Source: an uncultured virus (IMG/VR IMGVR_UViG_3300042866_001374) (taxonomy: Duplodnaviria; Heunggongvirae; Uroviricota; Caudoviricetes). Taken from it: 64,000 nt of DNA. Position 1 is the first letter of the stretch; each line of letters starts with the position of its first letter. The position numbers and the translations under genes were made by a program. Of this stretch, positions 19,016 through 28,516 are shown one piece after another. The stretch lies in the IMG/VR virus record IMGVR_UViG_3300042866_001374; one strand, 5' to 3'. Under the pieces are notes generated by a model. The model searched no databases and was not told the origin of the DNA. It was given only the letters and a program-made list of their open reading frames with translations.

Positions 19016-19627
19016 TTAATGCTTATTTTTTGCCTTGTATTTATTTATGAAATTTCTAATTTTCTTTGTATTAGTCATTCTCATAACATATTCCCTAAAA
19101 GCATCAGTCCCAACCTCCCTTTGAGTTGCAGGAACTCCAGATACTTCTGTCCACTCTTTTACATCCCTAATCCAAGACTTAAACATTTGTTCATCTTCAG
19201 TTACACAAATTAAATGATTGGTTCCTCTACGAACAATCTTACCAATCATTCCAGTTTTTATATTTTGAACAAAAGTATGTTCGTTAAAAATTTCTCCAGC
19301 AATATATCTTTCTCTAAGTTCACGTTCTTGATTCCTATCAATTGATTCTGCTGGATTAATTTTAACAGTATTCTTCTTTCTAAAACTTGGATTTTGTGTG
19401 GCGACTGGTCTTTGATTTGCTGCTGTTCTAACTTGTGCAGGGTCTTGTCCACCAACTACTTGATTTTGATTATAAAACTTTAATCGACCACCGACATTTT
19501 TTGCAATAAACTCTCCAGTATTTTTATCATGATATCCACCATGACCATCTGGCACAAGACCTAATCTCCTGCCATGAATAGTGGCAAGAGATTTAGACTC
19601 ATTTACAAACTGAGAGAATGTTTTCAT
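19016..19627 (-). CDS. Homolog of the cyanophage 'cytidyltransferase' lacking the central catalytic domain
   Basis: N-terminal DGHGGY…AKNVGGRLKFY and C-terminal LRERYIAGEIF…RRGTNHLICVTED…FKSWI present; no GRFNPPT.GH motif. Confidence 0.65.
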   Translation of the reverse strand: MKTFSQFVNESKSLATIHGRRLGLVPDGHGGYHDKNTGEFIAKNVGGRLKFYNQNQVVGGQDPAQVRTAANQRPVATQNPSFRKKNTVKINPAESIDRNQERELRERYIAGEIFNEHTFVQNIKTGMIGKIVRRGTNHLICVTEDEQMFKSWIRDVKEWTEVSGVPATQREVGTDAFREYVMRMTNTKKIRNFINKYKAKNKH

Positions 19628-19657
19628 AATTGTTTTAATATACAAATATTTATCAAA

Positions 19658-20740
19658 TCAAATTTCCTTGTCTCTACGTTTTGTGATGTACCCGCGAGTC
19701 CAAATACCCCCGCGCACACCATATATAGACCTCGACTTTATTTTAATTCTACGAGATCTTTCTCCACCACGAGCACCAAGAACTGGTTCATAATCCCCCT
19801 GCAGCGAAGTAAGATTTCCTTTTCTGACTGTCTTAGTAGTAAATCTCAAACTTATAATTTTACCATTAGATGTAAAGTTTGGTCTACCTTGAACAAAAAA
19901 GTCTACACTATCATGCCCAGAAGATCTAGAGTAATCTTTACCAAAAACAGATTGTTTTTTTAGATTATTATCTTGTATTTCTCGCCAAACAGATGCATAG
20001 TCCTTTTTATAAGTATCCCAGTTATCAACTACAACTTTTTTAAAGTCTTCAACCTCCGAATTGTTGACGATATCTGTTCCTGCTCTTTCTGTTATACCTC
20101 CATATTGTTGGAAATCAGTAGCAGTATCTCCTTTCTTATAAGACAAGAATCCTATCTCATTTCCATCATAATCTACAATAACAAAGTCTGCTTTTCTAGT
20201 TCCTATTCCACCAACAAATCCAGCAACATTAAAGTAGTACTTATTCCTAATTCTTAAAGTAACTGGCATGTTGTTACCAAGTTCTTGAATCTTTTGGTTG
20301 ATATTTTTTAAAACTTCTACCTCTGTTCTATCTCTAGGAGTTCTTTTTAAACCTGGATGTTTTTTAAAGACTTCTTGAAGTAAACTATTCCAAATAAAAT
20401 GATTTATAAAATCTCTACCATTAGAATACTTAAAAAATATTCTAATTCCCTTTTCCTTTTTACCAATTTTATAATAGTTATCAATATAAATTGCTTTAAA
20501 TGTAGACCCTCTTATTTTATCCTCACGAAAAGGGATATTAAGATCCTTTAAAACATCATCAACAAGTTCAAATGTTGATACTCTATCATCTGCTCTTACA
20601 ACAATTCTTGCATATTCTACAGAATTTTTTATTGTTGGAAATTGGTCCTTTACAAGTTTTATTTTACCATCGGAAATTTTGTCACTCAGGAGTCGATATA
20701 TGGTATCCGCAGTATAATTTCCTGGATTACTTTGTGCCAT
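19658..20740 (-). CDS. Hypothetical protein, possible PD-(D/E)xK-like nuclease
   Basis: 360 aa basic protein with RKADFVIV…GFLSYKKG. Confidence 0.6.
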   Translation of the reverse strand: MAQSNPGNYTADTIYRLLSDKISDGKIKLVKDQFPTIKNSVEYARIVVRADDRVSTFELVDDVLKDLNIPFREDKIRGSTFKAIYIDNYYKIGKKEKGIRIFFKYSNGRDFINHFIWNSLLQEVFKKHPGLKRTPRDRTEVEVLKNINQKIQELGNNMPVTLRIRNKYYFNVAGFVGGIGTRKADFVIVDYDGNEIGFLSYKKGDTATDFQQYGGITERAGTDIVNNSEVEDFKKVVVDNWDTYKKDYASVWREIQDNNLKKQSVFGKDYSRSSGHDSVDFFVQGRPNFTSNGKIISLRFTTKTVRKGNLTSLQGDYEPVLGARGGERSRRIKIKSRSIYGVRGGIWTRGYITKRRDKEI

Positions 20741-20768
20741 CTAAAAGAATGGATTTTTTTTATTTAGA

Positions 20769-20851
20769 TACCCAGTATAGGACTTGAACCTACACACCAT
20801 AAAGATAACAGGACCTAAACCTGTCGCGTCTACCAATTCCGCCAACTGGGC
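20769..20851 (-). tRNA. tRNA-Leu, anticodon UAG
   Basis: GCCCAGT/ACTGGGT acceptor stem, GGCGGAATTGGTAGACGC D-arm, ACAGG-TTTAGGT-CCTGT anticodon arm, long variable arm, GGTTCAAGTCC T-arm; CCA not encoded. Confidence 0.93.
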
Positions 20852-20852
20852 A

Positions 20853-21485
20853 TTATAAAAATCCAACAGAATAATCTTTATCTGTAATATAATCTATACA
20901 CAGAACAGTTCTGCAAGATTTCATTTTATTCTCAACTCTATGTTTTGACATAGGGTGAAATATATAGAATGATTGGTTGATAAAAGATTTAGTCTCAACC
21001 TCACCATTATCATCCATTATTTGTATTATAGCATCATCTGGGTCATTTGGGTCAATGTCCAACCCCCAAATAATTCTAAGTAATTTAACACCTGGAATAT
21101 AATCTTGATCAATATGCCAATTTAAAAACTGTCCAGGGTCTAATGCATTAATTGCACAAGCATCAGTCAATCCAACTTCTAACAAAACACTCGTCAAGAA
21201 GGGTAACGCTGAGGTATTAAAAACCACAGGTGTTCTTTCAGCAAAAAGAGGCGCAAGATGCCAACCAAATTTAGAAGAATTTCTTTTTTCTGCAGAAAAA
21301 TAAGAGGAATATCCAATAGGATATCCTCTATTTTGTTTTTTAATATATTCGTTTTGCTGTTCAGTAAAATCTCTAAATTCTAACCTATTGAAGTTATTCC
21401 TATACTCTTCTAAAATTTTATTATAATTATCATTTAAAAGAGATAACTTTGGGTGAATATCTTGATAGGATAAAAATTTAGACAT
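20853..21485 (-). CDS. Aspartyl/asparaginyl beta-hydroxylase-like 2OG-Fe(II) oxygenase
   Basis: LDPGQFLNWHID (HxD), LRIIWGL, HRVEN…RTVLCID. Confidence 0.75.
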   Translation of the reverse strand: MSKFLSYQDIHPKLSLLNDNYNKILEEYRNNFNRLEFRDFTEQQNEYIKKQNRGYPIGYSSYFSAEKRNSSKFGWHLAPLFAERTPVVFNTSALPFLTSVLLEVGLTDACAINALDPGQFLNWHIDQDYIPGVKLLRIIWGLDIDPNDPDDAIIQIMDDNGEVETKSFINQSFYIFHPMSKHRVENKMKSCRTVLCIDYITDKDYSVGFL

Positions 21486-21489
21486 ACAT

Positions 21490-21963
21490 TCAAAGATCGC
21501 CTTCTACACGATTCTCTGAGCGATACACATCAAAAGCACCTTCAGGATAACGAGCACTTAATTTTTCATAATTCATTTGAAGAATCTCATCAAAATTAGT
21601 GCCTAGTGCCATACACGCTTGGGCAATATACCAACAAATATCTCCAAGTTCTCGCTTCATATGAAAAATACTTTCATCATTATACGATTTACCCTGAAGG
21701 AAAATTTTCTTCACAACTTCGGTAAATTCACCTGCTTCTGCAGTCATACCAAGAGCGGCAGTTAGAAGCCTAGGAACATCTGCATCAGTTGATGCTTCAA
21801 GTTCAGTGAGGCGGGACAGAAGATTTGATAGTTCGCTACTTGCAGGACTAGTAGTTTGACGAACAAAATCAATATACTTATTACTATCAATAACTTTATT
21901 TTCTTTCATAGTAAACTCAAGAGAACCATCAGTGTTTTCTTTTTTTGAGATTGTGAGTGTCAT
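21490..21963 (-). CDS. mazG: MazG-family nucleoside triphosphate pyrophosphatase
   Basis: EAGEFTEVVKK, ELGDICWY, NYEKLSARYP. Confidence 0.92.
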   Translation of the reverse strand: MTLTISKKENTDGSLEFTMKENKVIDSNKYIDFVRQTTSPASSELSNLLSRLTELEASTDADVPRLLTAALGMTAEAGEFTEVVKKIFLQGKSYNDESIFHMKRELGDICWYIAQACMALGTNFDEILQMNYEKLSARYPEGAFDVYRSENRVEGDL

Positions 21964-21984
21964 GTTTAATTAAGATACGAATAC

Positions 21985-22013
21985 AGTTTATCAAAAATCA
22001 GGAATTTTGTCTA
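21985..22013 (-). promoter_or_regulatory. Sigma70-like promoter for mazG
   Basis: TAGACA-17 nt-TAAACT. Confidence 0.55.
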
Positions 22014-23221
22014 GTGTTGCCATAATGTATTACGGTAACCTCACTGGATTTAAACTTTCTCCAAGGGTCAACCACAATACTTCCTTTAGGTACGTCACAG
22101 TATAATTCATCACTTTCTGGAGCGTCCCAATATTTGTATGTAGTTGTTGCACTGTGCGCTAGTAGAAATACTGCAGGACTTTGTGGTTGATAATTGTCTC
22201 CAGTACAACTATCAACATATGTTGGAGATTTACCAAATTCTTCACAATAATGACCAACTAACAAACTATAACTTCCATCAAGATGCGATACTCTTGGTTT
22301 ATAAGATTTTCCATGAATGATAATTGGAAGATTATATTTGTTAGACAATTCAACAAGGTATTTTGCTAAGTTTTTAGCTTGACCTTCTCTAGAACCCATA
22401 ACAGATTCAAAAATATCATATCCAAGGTTTAATTTTTTAGACAGATATCTAAGAGCAATATTATCTCTTGGGTGACATGCACCACCATCACCCATCCCAG
22501 CAGTCATATAAGATGAGTTAATAATTCTTGTTCCTGCAGAACAGAGAGCATTTGTTACAATATCTACGTTAATATTTCCTTGGCGCATCGCAACATCTTG
22601 AATCATATTAACAAATCCAATTTTGGTGCTGATAAAAGTATTGTAAAAAACTTTAATACATTCACATTCATCCCAAGTTCCTACAAAATATTTTGGAGAA
22701 TTTTCCATGATTGTTTTGTAAAACTTGATAAGTTCTTTAGCATCTCCTGTTGTATTTCCATCTTCTGTACCAATCATAACCATTTCAGGATTTACCATAT
22801 CCCAACCAACTGTTCCCATGGCGATAAGATAGGGATTATAAACAAATCTTGCATTTGTCATTAATGGTTTGAACTGTTCTCTTGTTGTTCCAGGAAGAAC
22901 TGTAGAAATTAAAACCACCAACTGCCCATTTGCTACAGAATTTACTTGACTGAGGCATTGTTTGACAATTGAATAATCAAAGTCTTTTGGTTCCAAGTGC
23001 ATTGATGGTGTACTTCCATCATAATCTGGTTCATGTGGAGTTGGAACAGCAACAAAGATAATTTTACTTTTTTTAACTACTTCTTCTATAGAAGAACAGA
23101 TATTAATTAAATTACTTTTTTTAAATTCAATATCATATCCATAAACATTATGATTTTTAGCAGCAATCTCTGCTGCACATGGAAGACCCAATTTACCAAG
23201 CCCAATAAACCCAATGTTCAT
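21998..23221 (-). CDS. UDP-glucose/GDP-mannose dehydrogenase family protein
   Basis: GFIGLGKLG Rossmann motif, FVAVPTP, ISTVLPGTT, catalytic GDGGACHPRD. Confidence 0.9.
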   Translation of the reverse strand: MNIGFIGLGKLGLPCAAEIAAKNHNVYGYDIEFKKSNLINICSSIEEVVKKSKIIFVAVPTPHEPDYDGSTPSMHLEPKDFDYSIVKQCLSQVNSVANGQLVVLISTVLPGTTREQFKPLMTNARFVYNPYLIAMGTVGWDMVNPEMVMIGTEDGNTTGDAKELIKFYKTIMENSPKYFVGTWDECECIKVFYNTFISTKIGFVNMIQDVAMRQGNINVDIVTNALCSAGTRIINSSYMTAGMGDGGACHPRDNIALRYLSKKLNLGYDIFESVMGSREGQAKNLAKYLVELSNKYNLPIIIHGKSYKPRVSHLDGSYSLLVGHYCEEFGKSPTYVDSCTGDNYQPQSPAVFLLAHSATTTYKYWDAPESDELYCDVPKGSIVVDPWRKFKSSEVTVIHYGNTRQNS

Positions 23222-24183
23222 GCTTCTCTTTCCAAATCTAAAGTTACGCAGTGGAATCCTCCACTAAGAGTTCTTTGATGCCTCATTGGAAGCATTGCAC
23301 ATTCTATGCCATATGTTTCTAAAATTTTTCTAGTTGGATGTTGATGTTCTTCAAGAGCAACTAGATTTGGAGAAACACTAAACAAATTCATGTTACACCA
23401 CTCTGAGGCATTATTATAACCTGGATAGTATCCAATGTCTACTGGGTCTGGCGCATTGATAATTTCCCAAGTATTAAATGGATATGGAAGCATATCTCTA
23501 TGTTTTACTCTTGTTGGATTTACCATCATCAAACCCTCACGTAAAAAAGCTATAGTAGTATCAATATGAACAAAAGTGTAGATATCTTTTACAATCCTAA
23601 CTGTTGCAGAAGAACCCAGATTATTTTGTAGAATAGTTGCTCCAGCAACGTTACCGCTATTTGAGATTAAATACAAAACTTCTTCATTAGCACGAATTGC
23701 ATTTGCAGCATCAAATGCTGGGGTTAACTCAGTTAGTGCTAGTACTGAAGGATCACCAATACAAGATTCATCATATAAATCATCATGATATGAACAGGGA
23801 ATTTCTATTGTTCTTGGAATATGGTGAGAAAAAGACCTCCAATTACCTCTTCTTGCTCTCAAAGGTTGTGGAGTTGCCAAGGATAATTCACCATGAACAA
23901 ATACACAATCCCTTGGACAATAATTATAATATTTTGTAGGTTCTCTATTTGGTCTTAAAACTTCAACATTTTCACCAACTAAAAAATTACAAAAAGTTTC
24001 AAGATCTTCATTTGCCTCATCAATTACTTGTTGTGGATATAATCCCGTTTTAACATCAGATACATCTTGAATTCCAGCATAATTAATTGTCCTTAAACTT
24101 TTATCCATTGTTGGGATAGTTGCATGATCTGCAACACCAACAATAACTTTTTTTAGTTTATCCCATTCGTTTTTTGCGTACAT
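23218..24183 (-). CDS. Amidinotransferase (glycine / inosamine-phosphate amidinotransferase family)
   Basis: NEWDKLKKVIVG, CPRD, FDAAN, HIDTT, GGFHCVTLD (Asp-His-Cys triad). Confidence 0.9.
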   Translation of the reverse strand: MYAKNEWDKLKKVIVGVADHATIPTMDKSLRTINYAGIQDVSDVKTGLYPQQVIDEANEDLETFCNFLVGENVEVLRPNREPTKYYNYCPRDCVFVHGELSLATPQPLRARRGNWRSFSHHIPRTIEIPCSYHDDLYDESCIGDPSVLALTELTPAFDAANAIRANEEVLYLISNSGNVAGATILQNNLGSSATVRIVKDIYTFVHIDTTIAFLREGLMMVNPTRVKHRDMLPYPFNTWEIINAPDPVDIGYYPGYNNASEWCNMNLFSVSPNLVALEEHQHPTRKILETYGIECAMLPMRHQRTLSGGFHCVTLDLEREA

Positions 24184-24186
24184 AAT

Positions 24187-24987
24187 TCAACTCGTAGTTA
24201 AAACCATTTTGTGGTCATTTTCTTTTCCATATGTAAAGAAGTCATCTAATGTAAATTTTAGATGTTCCTTCATCCACCAATAATAATATGCACATCTAGA
24301 TTTTTTATGGTGAATTCTATTTATTTCTATACCAAACTCTGTGCTTGAAGATTTAATATTTGTGGTTATTAAAGGTATAGAATACGTTCTTCCAGTATGT
24401 CCGATGAGATAATCTACTGTTGTAGAACTCTTATTAAACTTATCAATTGATACAACTTTATCAAATCTATACTTATCTCCATAACAATGCAATTCTAAAA
24501 TTTTTTCAACGTATTCTCTAGTCAACATGACTGGTCCAAAATAACTATGTCTTAATTTTGGATGTAAAAAGAAAGGGATAAACTCTTCAGATTCAAATCC
24601 AAGTTGAATACAATCCCAATCATAGGGAAGTCTACTCATTAAGTAATTCCAATCAAAATTCCAATATTCAAATAAATTCAAATCATAGTCATCTTCCATT
24701 AACAACAAATAATCATCTTGTTTAGTATTAATCCACCGTTTAAGGAATTCTAAATGAGTAACCGCATTCCCTAAGGCATATGCAGGTATACCAGTTACTT
24801 TACCCACAACAAAGTCAGAACCCCATTCATTTAATTCAGAAGCTAGAAATTTAGATGCAGATACTCTTGTAAATTTTAACTTCCAGTAATCAAACTGGTC
24901 TTCCATATATTCTTTTCTGTCAATCCTATTGTCTAGATTAACATAATATATGTGAGGAAAATTATTAAATCTATTTTTTAAATCCAT
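24187..24987 (-). CDS. GT25-like glycosyltransferase, paralog 1
   Basis: YYVNLDNRIDRKEYM, RVSA, LLMEDD, LPYDWDCIQLG. Confidence 0.85.
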   Translation of the reverse strand: MDLKNRFNNFPHIYYVNLDNRIDRKEYMEDQFDYWKLKFTRVSASKFLASELNEWGSDFVVGKVTGIPAYALGNAVTHLEFLKRWINTKQDDYLLLMEDDYDLNLFEYWNFDWNYLMSRLPYDWDCIQLGFESEEFIPFFLHPKLRHSYFGPVMLTREYVEKILELHCYGDKYRFDKVVSIDKFNKSSTTVDYLIGHTGRTYSIPLITTNIKSSSTEFGIEINRIHHKKSRCAYYYWWMKEHLKFTLDDFFTYGKENDHKMVLTTS

Positions 24988-24992
24988 AACGA

Positions 24993-25793
24993 TTAAAAAT
25001 ACTTAGATACTTTCTTAATCATCCCAACGTCGTTTTGTTTTCCATATGTAAATATCTCATCAAAACTATGTCGTTTACTATCATTCCTCCACCAATCATA
25101 GTAAGCAAGTCTTGATGCTTTTGTAATAATATATCTTTTAGTTGTTTTATCAAAAAAATCTGTATGGTTTGGAAACATTGGCAAACAATATGTTTTTCCA
25201 CAATGTCCCAAAAAATAGTCTACTGTGCCAGACTTTAATCCATAATTTTTATTTGCAATATAGTTTGTAAGATTATATTTTTCTCCTACACAATGAAGTC
25301 TTATTAATTTTTTAACATATCTCCTATTAAGCATCGAGATGCCAAACGTATGAGCTGGCATGATTGGATGTAAGTAGAATGGAATATAATTTATATTCTC
25401 AAATCCAAGGAGTAAAGAATCCCAATCATAAGGAAGTCTACTCATTAAATATTCCCAATCAAATTGCCAATAAATTTCTAACCCAAAATCTAGAGTATCT
25501 TTAGAAATTATTAATCTATCTTCTTCAGTATTGTCATACCAATTTTTTAAAAACTCCAATACGCTAATAGCATAAGCTGCTGTAGGTATTGGTAATTTAT
25601 ATTCCTTTAAATTAATCAGTAGATTCTTCCATTCAGATACATTATCTTTTGTATATTTAATTGGTACTCTTTCATAATCTTGAACCCGCATATTACTTAG
25701 ATTACGATCCATATGCTCATCCAAATGAGCATGTTCATCATAGTTAAAATAATATACTTTTGGTATTCCTTTTAATTTATCTTTTAAATTCAT
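24993..25793 (-). CDS. GT25-like glycosyltransferase, paralog 2 (degenerate acidic motif)
   Basis: LPYDWDSLLLG and GTVDYF conserved; EDD position reads SKD. Confidence 0.75.
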   Translation of the reverse strand: MNLKDKLKGIPKVYYFNYDEHAHLDEHMDRNLSNMRVQDYERVPIKYTKDNVSEWKNLLINLKEYKLPIPTAAYAISVLEFLKNWYDNTEEDRLIISKDTLDFGLEIYWQFDWEYLMSRLPYDWDSLLLGFENINYIPFYLHPIMPAHTFGISMLNRRYVKKLIRLHCVGEKYNLTNYIANKNYGLKSGTVDYFLGHCGKTYCLPMFPNHTDFFDKTTKRYIITKASRLAYYDWWRNDSKRHSFDEIFTYGKQNDVGMIKKVSKYF

Positions 25794-25839
25794 AATAAGT
25801 TAGAAACTCTTCTCTACAATTCAGTACTTCTGTTCAAAG

Positions 25840-25847
25840 TATTTATC
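25840..25847 (-). promoter_or_regulatory. Late-promoter-like motif GATAAATA inside the GT25 array
   Basis: Located in the only sizeable intergenic gap of the island. Confidence 0.55.
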
Positions 25848-25863
25848 GTCCCATAGGGGGAAA

Positions 25864-26766
25864 TTATTTTCTAAAGTAGTCAAGATAAAGTTCCCCATAT
25901 AATTCTACACCTTTATTTGATATATCATATGTCCTAAACCTCTCAGGTTTTAAACTCATTCTCTCATGGTCATCTGATCCATATGTAAAAAATTGATCTA
26001 TAGAATACAAGTCTCGCTCATGTTGCCACCAAAAATAATAAGTATTTCTTGCCATAACATCACCCTCTTCTCTAAAAAATCTTTGGATGACACTATTATT
26101 TTCAAAACTTCCAAAATTTGGATTGATAGTAATTAAAGGTAAGCAATAAGTTCTTCCAGTATGCACCATAAAATAGTCAACTGTTCCAGATCCAGCAACA
26201 TCGTTTTGCCTATTCCATGCAGCATTACAAACAGTATTAACTAGTTTATATTGATCCCCAACGCAATGCAAATCTAATAGCTTCTCAACATAACCTCGAT
26301 TTAACAAAACTGGACCAAAGTCATGAGCTGGTTCAATTGGGTGCAAATGAAACTTCAATGCAGTTGGATTTTCAAATCCCATCAAAATGCAATCCCAATC
26401 ATAAGGCAATCTTTCTATAAGATCTCTCCAAGAAAAATGCCAACGTTCAATAAGTCCCAAATCATAATCATCTTCCATTAAAATAACATATTGGTCTTCA
26501 GTATTTCTATACCAATCCTTTAGAAAATCCAAATGTGTTATTGCATTTGCGGCAATTGGAACTAACAAGTTATATTCATCAATATCTTTTATTAAATGCT
26601 TCCACTTACCATTTTCAGATGCTAGATATTTTGTTCCAGAAACTCTAGAGTACTTTATACCATACTTATCAAATTGCTTAACCATCCAATTTTTTCTATC
26701 TAATCTATTATCCAGATTAAAATAGTTTACTAATGGCATCCCATCCAACTTACTTTTTATATCCAT
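25864..26766 (-). CDS. GT25-like glycosyltransferase, paralog 3
   Basis: YFNLDNRLDRKNWM, ILMEDD, LPYDWDCILMG. Confidence 0.85.
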   Translation of the reverse strand: MDIKSKLDGMPLVNYFNLDNRLDRKNWMVKQFDKYGIKYSRVSGTKYLASENGKWKHLIKDIDEYNLLVPIAANAITHLDFLKDWYRNTEDQYVILMEDDYDLGLIERWHFSWRDLIERLPYDWDCILMGFENPTALKFHLHPIEPAHDFGPVLLNRGYVEKLLDLHCVGDQYKLVNTVCNAAWNRQNDVAGSGTVDYFMVHTGRTYCLPLITINPNFGSFENNSVIQRFFREEGDVMARNTYYFWWQHERDLYSIDQFFTYGSDDHERMSLKPERFRTYDISNKGVELYGELYLDYFRK

Positions 26767-27641
26767 ATTAATAACCCTTCAGATTTATCCTTAAACACAT
26801 AAGGTTTTTTAGTGGATATATCAAACATTACCTCCATTCTCCATTCATCATTTTTATTATAATGAAAAAATTCAAATGCAGAATATGATTTACTTCTCAC
26901 ATTCCACCAGTATTCTGTAGCTTCTGAAGATAATTTATCAACCAAATCGTTAACAGTATCACTACCAATAAATTTTTCATTCAAAGAAAATATTGGCAAC
27001 GTATATGTTATTCCAATATCATAAAAGAAATTGTGCAACCCACCATACTCAAAATTGGGTATTGATTTATCTGGAGTAGTGTAATGAAGTAAAAATTTAC
27101 CATTTCTATAATGGTAATGCTTAATTCTTTTAGCAAAATAACGAGTAATCATGTAGCAATGACAAGACCCACTATCAGATTCCCATGGGTGCAAGTGCAT
27201 TTTTATTCTTCGTTCAGCAGAACTAAAAAGTTGAATACAATCCCAATTATATGGAAGATTTTTTGTTAATAAATCCCAATTAAAAAACCAGTTATTAACA
27301 ATATCAAACTTAATAATATCCTCCATAAAAATACAAGTCTCTGATTCATTTGAATCATACCAATCAATGATTGATTGTAAAGTATTTAAAGTTAATGCTA
27401 GTTCTGATGGAGACTGAACTAATTCTTTGTCCAAAACAAGATGCTTCCAATCATCATAGTTATCTTCACGGTATATCTTTCTATATCTACTAAAGTTAGA
27501 AATTCCCCAAGATTTAAATTGGTTCTGCATATATTCATTTTTTTCAACATCATCCTCATGATTTAAATAGATTATTTTAGGAATACCAACTAATCTATTG
27601 GTTATAGCATTACATGCTATTTCTAATTCTTCTTCAATCAT
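26757..27641 (-). CDS. GT25-like glycosyltransferase, paralog 4
   Basis: IFMEDI, LPYNWDCIQLF, HLHPW. Confidence 0.78.
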   Translation of the reverse strand: MIEEELEIACNAITNRLVGIPKIIYLNHEDDVEKNEYMQNQFKSWGISNFSRYRKIYREDNYDDWKHLVLDKELVQSPSELALTLNTLQSIIDWYDSNESETCIFMEDIIKFDIVNNWFFNWDLLTKNLPYNWDCIQLFSSAERRIKMHLHPWESDSGSCHCYMITRYFAKRIKHYHYRNGKFLLHYTTPDKSIPNFEYGGLHNFFYDIGITYTLPIFSLNEKFIGSDTVNDLVDKLSSEATEYWWNVRSKSYSAFEFFHYNKNDEWRMEVMFDISTKKPYVFKDKSEGLLIWI

Positions 27642-28516
27642 TTTGGCAACACCTTTTTATCATACTGTGGCAACTGTACTTGCATCATCTCATGAACAGA
27701 TCCACCATAACTCAGGATATCATCTGCAGTATATTTGTGACTATTATTTTCCCACCATTTTTTTATACATGATGTAGCCAAAATATCATAGATTTTATTG
27801 TGATATGCACTGATTATAGGATCATACTCTTCATCATTTTCTATATTTTCAATCTTATTATCTGGTGCAATAGCTAGTTTAGGATCTAAACAAAACAAAG
27901 GTAACGTGTAAGACTTTCCTATTTGATAGAGCAAAAAGTCATCACTACTATAGGATTCCCTAGGAACTTTCATATCCCTAAGACTATTATCAAGTTTAAA
28001 TGTGCCATCAGATTTTAAATGTACTTTGATTAGTTTTTCAACAAAAAATCTATTAACAATAAAACAAGCAGCAGAGGAACTATGCCACTCTCTTGGATGC
28101 AAATGCATCTTTAACACATGATCGTGACAATAATAAAATTGAACAATGTCCCAATTATACGGCAAACTCTTCATCACCATTTCCCAATCAAAAGGCCAAT
28201 ATTCAACTAAGTCAAAACAAAGGTCATCTTGAACTATCATGCAAACATCAGATATCCCAGACTCATACCATTCAATTAAGGTAGTAAATTCATTCATTAC
28301 AATTGATGCATCAGATGGTGCAAGAAGCATCAAATCTAATTTATGTGCCCATTCATCTATTTTTGCTGTTGAAAATCTAGAGGCAGAGACTCTAGTAAAA
28401 TCAGTTATTCCCCATTTTTTAAATTGACCCTCGATATGTTCTTTTCTATCCAATCTATGGTCTAGGTTCAAATAAAAAATAGGAGGCAAACCTTTTAATT
28501 TATTATCTAAATTCAT
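27638..28516 (-). CDS. GT25-like glycosyltransferase, paralog 5
   Basis: YLNLDHRLDRKEHI, RVSA, MIVQDD, LPYNWDIVQF. Confidence 0.82.
   Translation of the reverse strand: MNLDNKLKGLPPIFYLNLDHRLDRKEHIEGQFKKWGITDFTRVSASRFSTAKIDEWAHKLDLMLLAPSDASIVMNEFTTLIEWYESGISDVCMIVQDDLCFDLVEYWPFDWEMVMKSLPYNWDIVQFYYCHDHVLKMHLHPREWHSSSAACFIVNRFFVEKLIKVHLKSDGTFKLDNSLRDMKVPRESYSSDDFLLYQIGKSYTLPLFCLDPKLAIAPDNKIENIENDEEYDPIISAYHNKIYDILATSCIKKWWENNSHKYTADDILSYGGSVHEMMQVQLPQYDKKVLPK

Noticed and set aside
20769..20851. tRNA as an integration site for the glycosylation island
   Set aside because: No duplicated tRNA end or integrase seen, and the core gene mazG lies between the tRNA and the main island
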